64,000 nucleotides of DNA, from contig OZ024752.1 in NCBI GenBank assembly GCA_964016885.1, forward strand, positions 44,888,001 through 44,952,000, in the 5' to 3' direction. Shown here piece by piece: positions 1 through 12,828 of this stretch; position 1 is the stretch's first letter, and each line of letters starts with the position of its first letter. Under the pieces are notes generated by a model that ran no database searches, was not told the origin of the DNA, and saw only the letters and a list, made by a program, of their open reading frames with translations. Source of the DNA: Eledone cirrhosa. Lineage: Eukaryota. The position numbers and the translations under genes are program-made.

Positions 1-80
1 ATATATGAAACAGCGAGTTTGTAAATAGAAATAGAAGTTTTCGCCGTATTTTTGACTAAAGAAATTTGATAGTGGGGTCT

Positions 81-262
81 AGAACCCCCTAAGAAATGGA
101 AAAAGATGAGTATTGAAGTACATGAGTTTGGATCTAGCTGTTGAAACGGCCGGAGTTCAGCCGTCGGGGTCCTGACTCTTTTCCTATTACCCACTCTCTA
201 CCTTAAGTATCGAGTACTCTGGTGCGTTATGGTCTACCTGGTTCCTTACCACACTTTCTTGA
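81..262 (+). mobile_element. PLE pseudo-LTR-like element, family A, with degenerate full-length hammerhead
   Basis: gaacccc-ctaagaa(decayed core)...GAAA-cggccggagttcagccg-TC-ggggtcc. The 3' part matches copies at 5120-5258, 31175-31308, 39968-40092 and 53235-53371, and it ends in (TA)n. Confidence 0.6.
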
Positions 263-854
263 TTATATATATATATATATATATATATGAGAGGTTATAA
301 TATACGTCTAATAGTAGATAATATACGTCTTCACTCTGGTGAGAAGCAATTCCCCCCCACGTCCACTCCCAACCAAATTGTGACCACGAACATTTTCAAT
401 TACCAATTAAAATATGTTTACGACGTTTCACACTCCGTTGTAAGCGGAAATAACGATTAGAACATGGAACTGTTTATCTATTTGGACTAAACAAGGCGGA
501 GAAATTATAAATATATAAATGTCAGACAAAAGACAGGTTCCATTTAACATATTATTTATGCCACTTCACGTCTTACTTAAACAAATAATATATTTTCAGA
601 TTTCAGTTATATAATTAAAGATTGTATAAAAATCTCGATAAGCTGCCAAATGCGTCCAATTAAAAAGACGTAAATTATTTCAGGGTTTTTCAAATATTTA
701 TTTAATCCCGAATATAAATAGATATAAATACATACTCTAAAATAAAAAAAAAACCCCGGATATGTTTTGATGGGTCGAAGTTCATCTGTTGGAAAATAAG
801 AAAATATTTATATTACGTGAGTAATGGGACTAAATGAATAAATAATAATAATAA

Positions 855-1047
855 TTGTTTCTACTTTTTGGCACAAGGCCAGCAATTAACCCAGTGTATT
901 ACTGGTACTTTATTTTATCGACCCCCCGTAAGGATGAAAGGCAAAGTTAACCTCGGTGGGATTTGAACTCAGAACGTAAAGGGTCATAACTCTATGCGGC
1001 AAAACATGGTGTCCGACCCTCTACCGATTCTGCCAATCCACCACCCT
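855..1047 (-). mobile_element. tRNA-derived SINE (family 1), full length
   Basis: Sense strand has A-box TGGCAGAATCGG, B-box GAGTTCAAATCC, core tttcatccttacggggtcgataaaataaagtaccag and a (TTA)n tail. More than 12 copies occur in the window. Confidence 0.85.
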
Positions 1048-1057
1048 AATAATAATG

Positions 1058-1340
1058 GTTTCTTATATAGGCACAAGGCCAGCAATTTTTGGGGAGGGGA
1101 AAATCGATTAAATCGACCCCAGTGCGTGACTGGTACTTTATTTTATCGACGACCCCCGTAAGATTGAAAGGCAAAGTTAACCTCGGCGGGATTTGAACTC
1201 ATAACGTAAAGGGACGTAACTCTATGCTAGAAAGCATGATGTAATAATTGTTTCTACTTTTGGCACAAGGCCAGCAAATTACCCCAGTGCATTACTGGTA
1301 CTTTATTTTATCGACCCCGTAAGGATGAAAGGCAAAGTTT
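1058..1340 (-). mobile_element. Two further partial SINE family 1 copies (one long-tail variant)
   Basis: Same core at 1130-1200 and 1295-1340. Confidence 0.8.
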
Positions 1341-1734
1341 GTAATAATGATAATAATAATGATAATAATAATAATAATGATGATGATGATGATGATTATG
1401 ATGATGATGATGATGATGATGGGAATTATTGTAGTAATATTACAAAAAGAAAACCAAAAAACCAAAAAAAAAACAAACCAAAAACACAGACAAAAGGAAA
1501 GGAATAACATAAAAGAGCAGGGAGGACATGTTTGATTGAGTGATTTTTGAGAGAAAGCCAAAGTAAATGGAGTGAAGAACCTCTTCATTTAATTGCCAGT
1601 TTATTTGATAAGAGAGTGAAAAGTATGAATATATGAGCAGATATTTAGAGGAAGGAAGAAACAGCTCAGTTTATACCTTAACAGTTTAAAAACATTGTTA
1701 TAACGTGTTGGCTTATTGTAAGCTGTTATTAGGA

Positions 1735-4120
1735 AGGTGTGGGTGTTGTGTGGTGGAAGGGATAAGGAGGGGACAAAGGTGTGGGTGTTGTGTGGTGGAA
1801 GGGATAAGGAGGGGACAAAGGTGTGGGTGTTGTGTGGTGGAAGGGATAAGGAGGGGACAAAGGTGTGGGTGTTGTGTGGTGGAAGGGATAAGGAGGGGAC
1901 AAAGGTGTGGGTGTTGTGTGGTGGAAGGGATAAGGAGGGGACAAAGGTGTGGGTGTTGTGTGGTGGAAGGGATAAGGAGGGGACAAAGGTGTGGGTGTTG
2001 TGTGGTGGAAGGGATAAGGAGGGGACAAAGGTGTGGGTGTTGTGTGGTGGAAGGGATAAGGAGGGGACAAAGGTGTGGGTGTTGTGTGGTGGAAGGGATA
2101 AGGAGGGGACAAAGGTGTGGGTGTTGTGTGGTGGAAGGGATAAGGAGGGGACAAAGGTGTGGGTGTTGTGTGGTGGAAGGGATAAGGAGGGGACAAAGGT
2201 GTGGGTGTTGTGTGGTGGAAGGGATAAGGAGGGGACAAAGGTGTGGGTGTTGTGTGGTGGAAGGGATAAGGAGGGGACAAAGGTGTGGGTGTTGTGTGGT
2301 GGAAGGGATAAGGAGGGGACAAAGGTGTGGGTGTTGTGTGGTGGAAGGGATAAGGAGGGGACAAAGGTGTGGGTGTTGTGTGGTGGAAGGGATAAGGAGG
2401 GGACAAAGGTGTGGGTGTTGTGTGGTGGAAGGGATAAGGAGGGGACAAAGGTGTGGGTGTTGTGTGGTGGAAGGGATAAGGAGGGGACAAAGGTGTGGGT
2501 GTTGTGTGGTGGAAGGGATAAGGAGGGGACAAAGGTGTGGGTGTTGTGTGGTGGAAGGGATAAGGAGGGGACAAAGGTGTGGGTGTTGTGTGGTGGAAGG
2601 GATAAGGAGGGGACAAAGGTGTGGGTGTTGTGTGGTGGAAGGGATAAGGAGGGGACAAAGGTGTGGGTGTTGTGTGGTGGAAGGGATAAGGAGGGGACAA
2701 AGGTGTGGGTGTTGTGTGGTGGAAGGGATAAGGAGGGGACAAAGGTGTGGGTGTTGTGTGGTGGAAGGGATAAGGAGGGGACAAAGGTGTGGGTGTTGTG
2801 TGGTGGAAGGGATAAGGAGGGGACAAAGGTGTGGGTGTTGTGTGGTGGAAGGGATAAGGAGGGGACAAAGGTGTGGGTGTTGTGTGGTGGAAGGGATAAG
2901 GAGGGGACAAAGGTGTGGGTGTTGTGTGGTGGAAGGGATAAGGAGGGGACAAAGGTGTGGGTGTTGTGTGGTGGAAGGGATAAGGAGGGGACAAAGGTGT
3001 GGGTGTTGTGTGGTGGAAGGGATAAGGAGGGGACAAAGGTGTGGGTGTTGTGTGGTGGAAGGGATAAGGAGGGGACAAAGGTGTGGGTGTTGTGTGGTGG
3101 AAGGGATAAGGAGGGGACAAAGGTGTGGGTGTTGTGTGGTGGAAGGGATAAGGAGGGGACAAAGGTGTGGGTGTTGTGTGGTGGAAGGGATAAGGAGGGG
3201 ACAAAGGTGTGGGTGTTGTGTGGTGGAAGGGATAAGGAGGGGACAAAGGTGTGGGTGTTGTGTGGTGGAAGGGATAAGGAGGGGACAAAGGTGTGGGTGT
3301 TGTGTGGTGGAAGGGATAAGGAGGGGACAAAGGTGTGGGTGTTGTGTGGTGGAAGGGATAAGGAGGGGACAAAGGTGTGGGTGTTGTGTGGTGGAAGGGA
3401 TAAGGAGGGGACAAAGGTGTGGGTGTTGTGTGGTGGAAGGGATAAGGAGGGGACAAAGGTGTGGGTGTTGTGTGGTGGAAGGGATAAGGAAGGGGACAAA
3501 GGTGTGGGTGTTGTGTGGTGGAAGGGATAAGGAAGGGGACCAGATATAATGGGAGGGGACAAAGGTGTGGGTGTTGTGTGGTGGAAGGGATAAGGAGGGG
3601 ACCAGATATAATGGGAGGGGACAAAGGTGTGGGTGTTGTGTGGTGGAAGGGATAAGGAGGGGACAAAGGTGTGGGTGTTGTGTGGTGGAAGGGATAAGGA
3701 GGGGACAAAGGTGTGGGTGTTGTGTGGTGGAAGGGATAAGGAGGGGACAAAGGTGTGGGTGTTGTGTGGTGGAAGGGATAAGGAGGGGACAAAGGTGTGG
3801 GTGTTGTGTGGTGGAAGGGATAAGGAGGGGACAAAGGTGTGGGTGTTGTGTGGTGGAAGGGATAAGGAGGGGGACCAGATATAATGGGAGGGGACAAAGG
3901 TGTGGGTGTTGTGTGGTGGAAGGGATAAGGAGGGGACCAGATATAATGGGAGGGGACAAAGGTGTGGGTGTTGTGTGGTGGAAGGGATAAGGAGGGGGAC
4001 CAGATATAATGGGAGGGGACAAAGGTGTGGGTGTTGTGTGGTGGAAGGGATAAGGAGGGGACCAGATATAATGGGAGGGGACAAAGGTGTGGGTGTTGTG
4101 TGGTGGAAGGGATAAGGAGC
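1735..4120. repeat. 42-bp G-rich minisatellite, about 50 units
   Basis: Unit ggacaaaggtgtgggtgttgtgtggtggaagggataaggagg. It is homogeneous to about 3490, then some units carry a 20-bp insert. Confidence 0.97.
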
Positions 4121-4820
4121 AGGGCCGGATATAGTAGGGTGGTGGTGGTGGAAAAGGGGGGCAATTGCCCCGGGCCCCACCAGCGGCGGCCGTAGCTATT
4201 TATTTGTGCCCTCAGCTGGGTTTTTTTAGTTTTAGTAGGACGGTTAGAATTTTTGAATTATAAGGCAGATGTGGATATATGGCGGAATGGATGAGGAGCA
4301 AGGCCAGATATGATGGGTGGGTGGGGTGGGGGTGGGGGTGGTCCCCTTGCAATGGTGGGCCCCACCAGTGATGGTCGTAGCTATTTATTTGTGCCCTCAG
4401 CTGGGTCTTTTAATTTTATGATGGTTTAAACTTTTTGAATGTAATCCCTGTAGGTTTAACTTTTCAATTCCAATTACCTGCGGCAAGCTAACTTTCTTAT
4501 ATAAAATTAGTGGGGTTGCTGTGTATTCTAATTGTTTCTGTATGAGGGGACATCCCCACTCCAAACCTGAAGTGCTCCTGCCCCCCCCCCCACCCCCCTG
4601 GTCTAAATCTAATCCTGATAGATCCCAGATTCTATCCCTCTACATGGCATCTCCAGCAACTACCATTTACCATAATCTCGGGTCGACCCTCATCTTGTGA
4701 GTGAAATTGGGTAAAAAAAAAAAAAAAAACTGTTTGGAAACCCCCTTGGATGGATGGACTGTAACCAGGATTGGATTTCGATCTTGGGGGCCGGGGCACT
4801 TCAGGTTTGGGGGAGGGGCT
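4120..4820. repeat. GC-richer repeat with internal direct and inverted repeats (possible MITE relic)
   Basis: Direct repeat cccaccag..gtagctatttatttgtgccctcagctggg at about 4176 and 4361. Inverted repeat ccaaacctgaagtgc (4561) / gcacttcaggtttgg (4796). Confidence 0.45.
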
Positions 4821-5056
4821 CATAGACAAAACATTAAACACAACAAACCCTTCAAATTTACATATCAAAGTTACCTTGGCGCAAGTAAATGGAATTTCTG
4901 CTCTTGTGCATAAATCAGGAACCATTATTATTATTATTATTATTATTATGGTCATTTGCGTTGGGACGCACACATTTCAAATTTCAAACCTTCCCCGTGC
5001 TTCATAACTCATCCGTTATATATATATGCATATATATATATATATATATATATATA

Positions 5057-5256
5057 GGAACCAGTAAGACCCCGACAGCTGAGCTCAAGCCGTTTCGACG
5101 GCTAATTCTGGACTAATTTAGTCCAGAATTAGCCGTCGAAACGGCTTGAGCTCAGCCGTCGGGGTCTTACTGGTTCCTATTACCCACTCTACTACCTCAA
5201 GTATTGAGTACTTTGGTGCGTTATGGTCCACCTGGTTCCTTACCACATTTCCTTCG

Positions 5257-5258
<2 letters not shown>
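5057..5258 (+). mobile_element. Family A pLTR-like element with inverted 5' duplication
   Basis: Palindrome 5057-5180 centred near 5116. HHR 3' half is GAAA-cggcttgagctcagccg-TC-gggg. (TA)n flanks both sides. Confidence 0.75.
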
Positions 5259-5293
<35 letters not shown>

Positions 5294-5613
5294 AAGTTAT
5301 ATTTAAAATTGTTGGGTTACAACTAGTAAATATTTATAACTGATATAAAAGCACTCGACAAATATTTCTGTCTCTTTACATGAAGCTCTTCACTTTATCT
5401 ATTTTTCCATCTCTCTATTTTGTTCCATGCATTTCTTCTTTTTCTTCTTTTTCTTCCTTCTCTTCGTTTTGTCTTTCTTTCTTTCGTTTTTCCCTCTTTT
5501 CTTTCTCTCTTTCTTTCTCTCTGTATTTTCACTGCTAGAGTGAACCTCTTCAAATGAAGTTGATGTTTATTACGGTATGTCGAATATATTTATCTATAAA
5601 ACTGTTTATATTG

Positions 5614-5679
5614 TATTTTGTCTGATGAAGGCATAGCATATTGTTAATATGATATCCCCGAAATATATATAATGAAATA
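5614..5679 (+). ncRNA. Type I hammerhead ribozyme (family D element, 5290-5722)
   Basis: tattttgt-CTGATGA-aggcatagcatattgttaatatgatatcccc-GAAA-tatata-TA^atgaaata. Stem I pairs with G-U wobbles and stem III is palindromic. Confidence 0.65.
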
Positions 5680-5717
5680 AATATGGTTTTATAAATATAG
5701 TTTTCCATTTATTTAAT

Positions 5718-5748
<31 letters not shown>

Positions 5749-6419
5749 GCATATATATATATATATATATATATATTATTTAGGTTTGTTGGTTCACCAC
5801 TGGACGCAGATATATATATGTACGCATATGTGAAAGATGGTTGTCAAATTTTGTGATTGTCTTGTGTCAGAAAAGTTATAAAATTACAGAGTGTGGCTTG
5901 AGCCAAGTAAATTTTGATTGATTACACAAACCTTGTTCATGTGTTCTTTACTTAAATAGTTTTTCTCTGTCTGTCCTACAACAATTACAGACAGAGCTAA
6001 TAAATGCTAGACGAAAACATACATACATACCTACATATATATATACATATATACACACACATATATATATACATATATACATTCATACATACATATATAC
6101 ACACATATATATATACACACACATATATATATATACATACATATATATATATACATACATATATATATACATACATACATATATACATACATACATATAT
6201 ACATACATATATATATACATACATATATACATACATACATATATACATACATACATATATATATATACATACATATACATATATATATACATACATATAC
6301 ATACATATATATATATATAAATAAAGGAACGATCGACTTTCGTCAAATCGGACCGAGGGAACAATGTTTCCGTTGGTCTTTCCAATTGCTAATACTATCT
6401 ATCGGTCGCAACTCCAGGT

Positions 6420-6526
6420 AGAAGGAGCAACGTGAAATAAAGTGTCTTGCTCAAGGACATAACGCATCACCTGGTCCAGGAATTGAACTCACAACCTTAC
6501 GATTGCGAATCCAATTCTCTAACCAC
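6420..6526 (-). mobile_element. tRNA-derived SINE (family 2) fragment
   Basis: Reverse complement of 10886-11016, with B-box GAGTTCAATTC and core ccttgagcaagacactttatttcacgttgctcc. Confidence 0.75.
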
Positions 6527-6539
6527 GATTATAGAAAAT

Positions 6540-6710
6540 GGTGCACTTTTAGGCTATGGCCAGCCACACGAACCTGTAACAGACCCTGAACAAGCAATGT
6601 CTGTGCTTTGAAGGTTTTTTTAAGTAGGGAAAGGCCTTGCACTCGACCAACCCCACTCACTGAGCATCGAAAACACTACCCGAAAAGGAGAACTGGTCAA
6701 CATCATCGGA
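6540..6710. mobile_element. Interspersed repeat fragment related to 60940-61045 (probably LINE-derived)
   Basis: aaaggccttgcac..cccactc..aaaaggagaactggtcaacatc is similar to aaaggcactgcac..cccactc..aaaaagaagaacaagtcaacatc. Confidence 0.4.
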
Positions 6711-6755
6711 GGGGATAATTCTGTGCAACACAATCGTTATGCACCACCATGTGTT

Positions 6756-7413
6756 TTTGTTTTTAGTCTGTAACTAGTTCTACACACTTTGTTTTAGTCT
6801 GGAACTAGTTCTACACACTTTGTTTTAGTCTGTAACTAGTTCTACACACTTTGTTTTAGTCTGGAAGTAGTTCTACACACTTTGTTTTAGTCTGGAACTA
6901 GTTCTACACACTTTGTTTTAGTCTGGAACTAGTTCTACACACTTTGTTTTAGTCTGGAAGTAGTTCTACACACTTTGTTTTAGTCTGGAACTAGTTCTAC
7001 ACACTTTGTTTTAGTCTGTAACTAGTTCTACACACTTTGTTTTAGTCTGGAACTAGTTCTACACACTTTGTTTTAGTCTGGAACTAGTTCTACACACTTT
7101 GTTTTAGTCTGGAACTAGTTCTACACACTTTGTTTTAGTCTGGAAGTAGTTCTACACACTTTGTTTTAGTCTGGAAGTAGTTCTACACACTTTGTTTTAG
7201 TCTGGAAGTAGTTCTACACACTTTGTTTTAGTCTGTAACTAGTTCTACACACTTTGTTTTAGTCTGGAACTAGTTCTACACACTTTGTTTTAGTCTGGAA
7301 CTAGTTCTACACACTTTGTTTTAGTCTGGAAGTAGTTCTACACACTTTGTTTTAGTCTGGAACTAGTTCTACACACTTTGTTTTAGTCTGGAACTAGTTC
7401 TACACACTTTGTT
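6756..7413. repeat. 31-bp minisatellite, about 21 units
   Basis: Unit tttgttttagtctggaactagttctacacac, with internal palindrome gaactagttc. Confidence 0.95.
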
Positions 7414-7559
7414 ACATATCACACAGGTTGTTTCACCAGGTTTTTGTTGCGGGTGGTTGTTCTTTCTTGTGACTTCAAGGGATTAATATAACCAGCTTTT
7501 GAGAGGATTATACGTTGGTAGAACTTACCTGTCCAACTACTGACATCGTCAAGATCATA

Positions 7560-7750
7560 ACCGGTAGTTCTGAACCGGAAGTTATGAACCGGAAGAGAAT
7601 ACCTTGGTCACAATCATGGAAGACATGTGTGAACAAGGTAGCAAAGATGGCGGAGAAAAGCGTAGGAGCAGGAATATCACCTTGCTTTATCCTGTTGTCA
7701 ATTGGGATTTCCTCAGATAGTTGGCCATTGAAGGTAACTTGAGCTGTCAT
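7560..7750 (-). pseudogene. RTE/BovB-type LINE reverse transcriptase fragment
   Basis: MTAQVTFNGQLSEEIPIDNRIKQGDIPAPTLFSAIF matches the non-LTR RT motif GVKQGCxLAPTLF. Confidence 0.75.
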
Positions 7751-8665
7751 GTTGTTGTTGTTGTTGTTGCTGTTACTGCTGCTATTGCTGCTGTTACTAC
7801 TGCTGTTACTGCTGCTGTTACTACTGCTGTTATTGCTGCTGTTACTACTGCTGTTATTGCTGTTGTTGCTGTTACTGCTGCTGTTACTACTGCTGTTATT
7901 GCTGTTGTTACTGTTGCTGCTGATACTGTTGTTGCTGTTATTGTTGTTGCTGTTATTGTTGCTGTTATTGTTGTTGCTGTTATTGTTGCTGATACTGTTG
8001 TTGCTGTTATTGTTGCTGATACTGTTGTTGCTGTTATTGTTGCTGATATTGTTGTTGCTGTTACTGCTGCTGCTATTGCTGCTACTATTGCTGCTGTTGT
8101 TGTTACTGTTACTGCTACTACTGCTGTTACTGCTGCTGTTGCTGATTTTCTCTCTCTTTCTCAGTTTCACTGTCTCATTTATTTTATTATTTCTCTCTCA
8201 CTCTCTCACTCACCCTCCCTCTATATCAATACTCTCTCTCTCTCTCACCCTCCCTCTATATCAATACTCTCTCTCTCTCACCCTCCCTCTATATCAATAC
8301 ACCCCCTCTCTCTCACCCTCCCTCTATATCAATACATCCCCCTCTCTCTCACCCTCCCTCTATATCAATACCCTCTCTCTCTCTCTCACACTCCCTCTAT
8401 ATCAATACCCTCTCTCTCACTCACCCTCCCTCTATATCAATACCCTCTCTCTCTCTCACACTCCCTCTATATCAATACATCTCCCTCTCTCTCACCCTCC
8501 CTCTATATCAATACCCTCTCTCTCACCCTCCCTCTATATCAATACATCCCCCTCTCTCTCACACTCCCCTAACACAGAAACTATTTTATTCCATGGTTGG
8601 CACAATAACACAAATGGAGATTAATAAATAGATTCGATCTGTGTGTGTGTATATGTGTGTGTATA

Positions 8666-8696
<31 letters not shown>

Positions 8697-9968
8697 ATAT
8701 GTATGTGTGTATATGTGTGTGTGTGTATATGTGTGTGTATATGTGTGTGTGTATATGTATATGTGTGTGTATATGTATGTATGTGTGTGTATGTATGTGT
8801 GTGTGTATATGTGTGTGTGTATATGTATATGTGTGTGTATATGTATACGTGTGTGTGTGTATATGTGTGTGTGTATGTGTGTGTGTGTATATGTATATGT
8901 GTGTGTATATGTATATGTGTGTGTGTATATGTATGTGTGTGTATGTATGTGTGTGTGTATATGTGTGTGTGTGTATATGTATATGTGTATGTGTGTGTAT
9001 ATGTATATGTGTATATGTGTGTGTGTATATGTATATGTGTGTGTATATGTGTGTGTGTATATGTATATGTGTATGTGTGTGTATATGTATATGTGTATAT
9101 GTATATGTGTATGTGTGTGTGTATATGTATGTGTGTGTGTATATGTATATGTGTGTGTGTGTATATGTATATGTGTGTGTATATGTATATGTGTGTGTGT
9201 ATATGTATGTGTGTGTATGTGTGTGTGTGTGTATATGTGTGTGTATATGTGTGTGTGTATGTGTATATGTGTGTGTGCATATGTATATGTGTGTGTGTAT
9301 GTGTATATGTGTGTGTATATGTGTGTGTGCATATGTATATGTGTGTGTGTATGTGTGTGTGTGTATATGTATATGTGTGTGTATATGTATGTATGTGTGT
9401 GTATGTATGTGTGTGTGTATATGTGTGTGTGTATATGTATATGTGTATGTGTATATGTATGTGTGTGTGTATATATATGTGTGTGTATATGTGTGTGTGT
9501 GTATATGTATATGTGTGTGTATATGTATATGTGTGTGTGTATATGTATGTGTGTGTATGTATGTGTGTGTGTATATGTGTGTGTGTATATGTATATGTGT
9601 ATGTGTGTGTATATGTATATGTGTATATGTATATGTGTATGTGTGTGTGTATATGTATGTGTGTATGTATGTATGTGTGTGTGTATATGTATATGTGTGT
9701 ATGTATGTGTGTGTGTATATGTATATGTGTGTGTGTATATGTATATGTGTGTGTATATGTATATGTGTGTGTGTATATGTATATGTGTGTGTGTATATGT
9801 ATATGTGTGTGTATATGTATATGTGTGTGTGTGTATATGTATATATGTGTGTATATATGTATATGTGTGTGTATATGTATATGTGTGTGTGTATATGTAT
9901 ATGTGTGTATATATGTATGTGTATATATATATATGTGTGTGTGTGTGTATACATATATATACAGGCAT

Positions 9969-10015
<47 letters not shown>

Positions 10016-10020
10016 CACGC
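7751..10020. repeat. Compound microsatellites: (GTT/GCT)n, a CT-rich minisatellite and (GT/AT)n
   Basis: Seen directly: 7751-8143, 8200-8570 and 8640-10020. Confidence 0.95.
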
Positions 10021-10885
10021 ACACCATATTATCCCAGAAAATTAAATTAATTACATCATTAATTAATTAATGAAAACATTAATTAATGAAGGAGGAAATA
10101 TTTCTGTAATTTTGAGTTGTTGTTGTTGGTGGTGATAGTGCTGCTGTTGTTGTTGTTGGTGGTGGCGGTGGTGGCTGTGTTGGTAGTGTTGATAGTGGCG
10201 GTGTCGGCGTTGGTGGTGGTGGTGGTGTTGATAGTGTTGTTGGTGGTGGTGGCGTAGTGGTTTTGTTAGTGTTGATGATGTTATTGTTGTTGTTATTGTT
10301 TCAATTAGACTTCATTAAATAATTCATTCTTTTTTTTTTTTTACAGAATCTTCTTTAATTCGACAGAAATATGTTCCGGGAATTGAACCCGTCACCATAA
10401 ATTCACACAACCCGTTATACGTCCTCGTGGCTAACCAATGTTTCTGAAACCCGATACATTTTCTCGCCATTTCTCATTGGTCAGACATAAAACCTCCATT
10501 GCTGATAATATCTGTCGGTTGCAACTCTTGGGAGAAGAAAGACATTAATCGTCAGATCTAAAGAACCAAACAATGTTTCCATTGAGTTTTTCTTTTTCTT
10601 TTTTTTACCATTGTTAAGAATATCTGTCGGTCGCAGTGTTTGAATGTCAAATCAGATACTACAAAACATTTACAAATTCCGTCGAATCATCACCCCCCCC
10701 CCCTCCGGAATTGAGACTTTATTTTATCGATTACAAAAAAAGATGAAAACAATGTTACCCTCGGTGGGTTTTGAACTCAGGACATTGTGTGTGAACCGGA
10801 ACAAAAACCGAGACATTTAATCCGACGTCCAAAACAAAGGTATGTATGAACTGGTATAGAATATGTTTATCCATTATAATATATG

Positions 10886-11016
10886 TGAAGGCGCATGGCT
10901 TAGTGGTTAGAGCATTGGGCTTGCAATCGAAAGGTTGTGAGTTCAATTCTCGGACCGGGTGATGTGTTGTTTCCTTGAGCAAGTCATTTTATTTCACGTT
11001 GCTCCAGTTTACTCAG
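10886..11016 (+). mobile_element. tRNA-derived SINE (family 2)
   Basis: A-box TGGCTTAGTGG and B-box GAGTTCAATTC, followed by the family core. Confidence 0.8.
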
Positions 11017-11156
11017 AAATGAGATGATAGGGACTGGGGTCCCTATCATTAAATCACCCAAGACACCTCCAACGAGATATACCTTGGAGGAGGCCAGCTA
11101 AACCTGCTTAGGTGTGAGCTGTCACAACAACACTATTAATATATATATATATATAA

Positions 11157-11345
11157 GGGCGGTGGATTGGCAGTATCGGTAGAGGGTCGGACGCCATGCT
11201 TTCCAGCATAGTTACGTCCCTTTACGATCTGAGTTCAAATCCCGCCGAGGTTGACTTTGCCTTTCATCCTTACGGGGTCGATAAAATAAAGTACCAGTAA
11301 TGCACTGGTTAATTTGCTGGCCTTGTGCCTAAAGTAGAAACAATT
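11157..11345 (+). mobile_element. SINE family 1, full length
   Basis: gggcggtggattggcagtatcgg...gagttcaaatcc...gtagaaacaatta. Confidence 0.88.
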
Positions 11346-11649
11346 ATAATATCTATATATATCTATATATATATATATTGTCTCGTTGTGAATATTGAAA
11401 GCTGGGATGATGTAGCAGCTACCTCAGTGTGAATTTATGTATTTCACCATAAATTTATGTATTTCACAATTGTGACAATTTGCCAGCATTTGTTCATTGA
11501 CGTATATATGGTGAGGTAGTATGAAAGATTATATCATGTAAACAAACCGTTCTCATTGAAAGCTTATTTACATATAATACACATTTGATTGGATGGAATT
11601 AATTAAAGATAGCGCTAACACATGGTATAATTAACATACATTCATTTAC

Positions 11650-12780
11650 ATTAATAGAAGACCCTTCAAGGAAGGGCCGCAGGAGTAGCTTATCTCCATC
11701 GATTGCGAGTTTGAAATGTTCCTATACCTATGTTCAGGAAGGAAATGTTTATTTAATAACTCTAAGAATACTTTACCTATGTTAGTCTTTACTGCTCGGA
11801 AGTAGAGAGTGTAAACCAAATTATATTTTTCTCTCCTATTTTTAGGTGTATTTGAGACATGGTGTTAGGTATATATTTGATTTTATCTACGAAACCGCTC
11901 TCCGCGCGTGCTTTGTTATAGTATGGAGCTGCCCTATCAACTATCTCCTTGGAGGAATATAAGGTGGAAATTCTACGGCTAATATTGAGGACTGGATTTT
12001 TAAAGATCACTCAAGGGTGGCAGGAACCTCTATCAATGTATCTGAATTTAAGTTAGGATTATAAGGTTTATAGGTACCTGTAGCTAAATCTAAGTTTACA
12101 TCTAAGACGCTGGCATTAGTTAAATTAGTATCTACGATTGCTTTAAGCCTTAAATTACTAAAAGTGAGTAGTAATTGTTTGCGTAAATTATACAGGGATG
12201 CCCGTTGCAGTTATCCAGGGATATTGCCAAACAACATCCTAGTAGAGACTAATGGTGTGGTTGGGGAATTTTCCTTTAAGGGTATGAAGGATAAAACAAT
12301 CCAACCAAATCTCACACATCAGCACTATCATAGGATCTCATCGATACATCGAAGGGATCATCTGGGTTTGATTTTTTAAAACCCATGTAGTCTCATTAGT
12401 AAATAGAGTTTCTACTTTTGGCACAAGGTCAGCGATTACCTCAGTGTATCACTGGTACTTTATTTTATCGACCTCGTAAAGATGAAAGGCAAAGTTAACC
12501 TCGGCGGATTTGAACTCAGAACGCAAAGGGCCATAACTATGCTGCAAAGCATGGCGTCTGACGCTCTACCGATTACTGCCAATCCACCGCCCTAGCCTCA
12601 TTAGTAAATAGGAGGGTCTTTCTGGTCTGGTGTACGTAATGGCTTCTATCTCTTGGTCAGTGATTGGACCAATTACAGGGACGAACTCCAGAGCCTGAGC
12701 TGATAGTGAACTAATGACGGGGGGGGGGGGAGGGAGGGGGGGGTAAAGACTGTTATATCGAATTGGGAAAACCTGGTTTT
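11650..12780 (-). pseudogene. Decayed Penelope-like element reverse transcriptase
   Basis: Minus-strand motifs in order, with frameshifts and stops: QFDITVFxP, ALEF, KTLLF, FDVSMRSYDSADV*DLVGLF, LDVNLDLATGTYKPY, SCHP, ISRRISTLYSSKEIVDRAAPYYN, NIIWF, TNIGKVFLELLNKHF, ISYSC. These are typical PLE RT and thumb motifs. Confidence 0.85.
12407..12592 (-). mobile_element. SINE family 1 inserted into the PLE RT, with target-site duplication
   Basis: TSD tag(t/c)ctcattagtaaatag at 12388-12406 and 12593-12611. Confidence 0.9.
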
Positions 12781-12828
12781 TATATTTCTCTGGAATATTG
12801 TTGGATTGGCAGTACCGGTAGAGGGAGG

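Noticed and set aside
1601-4180. 600-860-aa ORFs in five frames
   Set aside because: They are translations of a 42-bp repeat that lacks stops in most frames. Overlapping ORFs on both strands indicate an artefact.
6756-7413. CRISPR-like array (31-bp repeat with internal palindrome)
   Set aside because: There are no unique spacers and no cas genes, and the context is eukaryotic.
10330-10447. Splice-acceptor-like (T)n-acag followed by a short open frame
   Set aside because: It contains a reverse B-box-like SINE remnant (ccgggaattgaaccc) and has no recognisable peptide or partner exons.
10886-10960. tRNA gene
   Set aside because: It continues into a SINE body and lacks a complete cloverleaf, so it is a SINE head. 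The same applies to 62382-62450.
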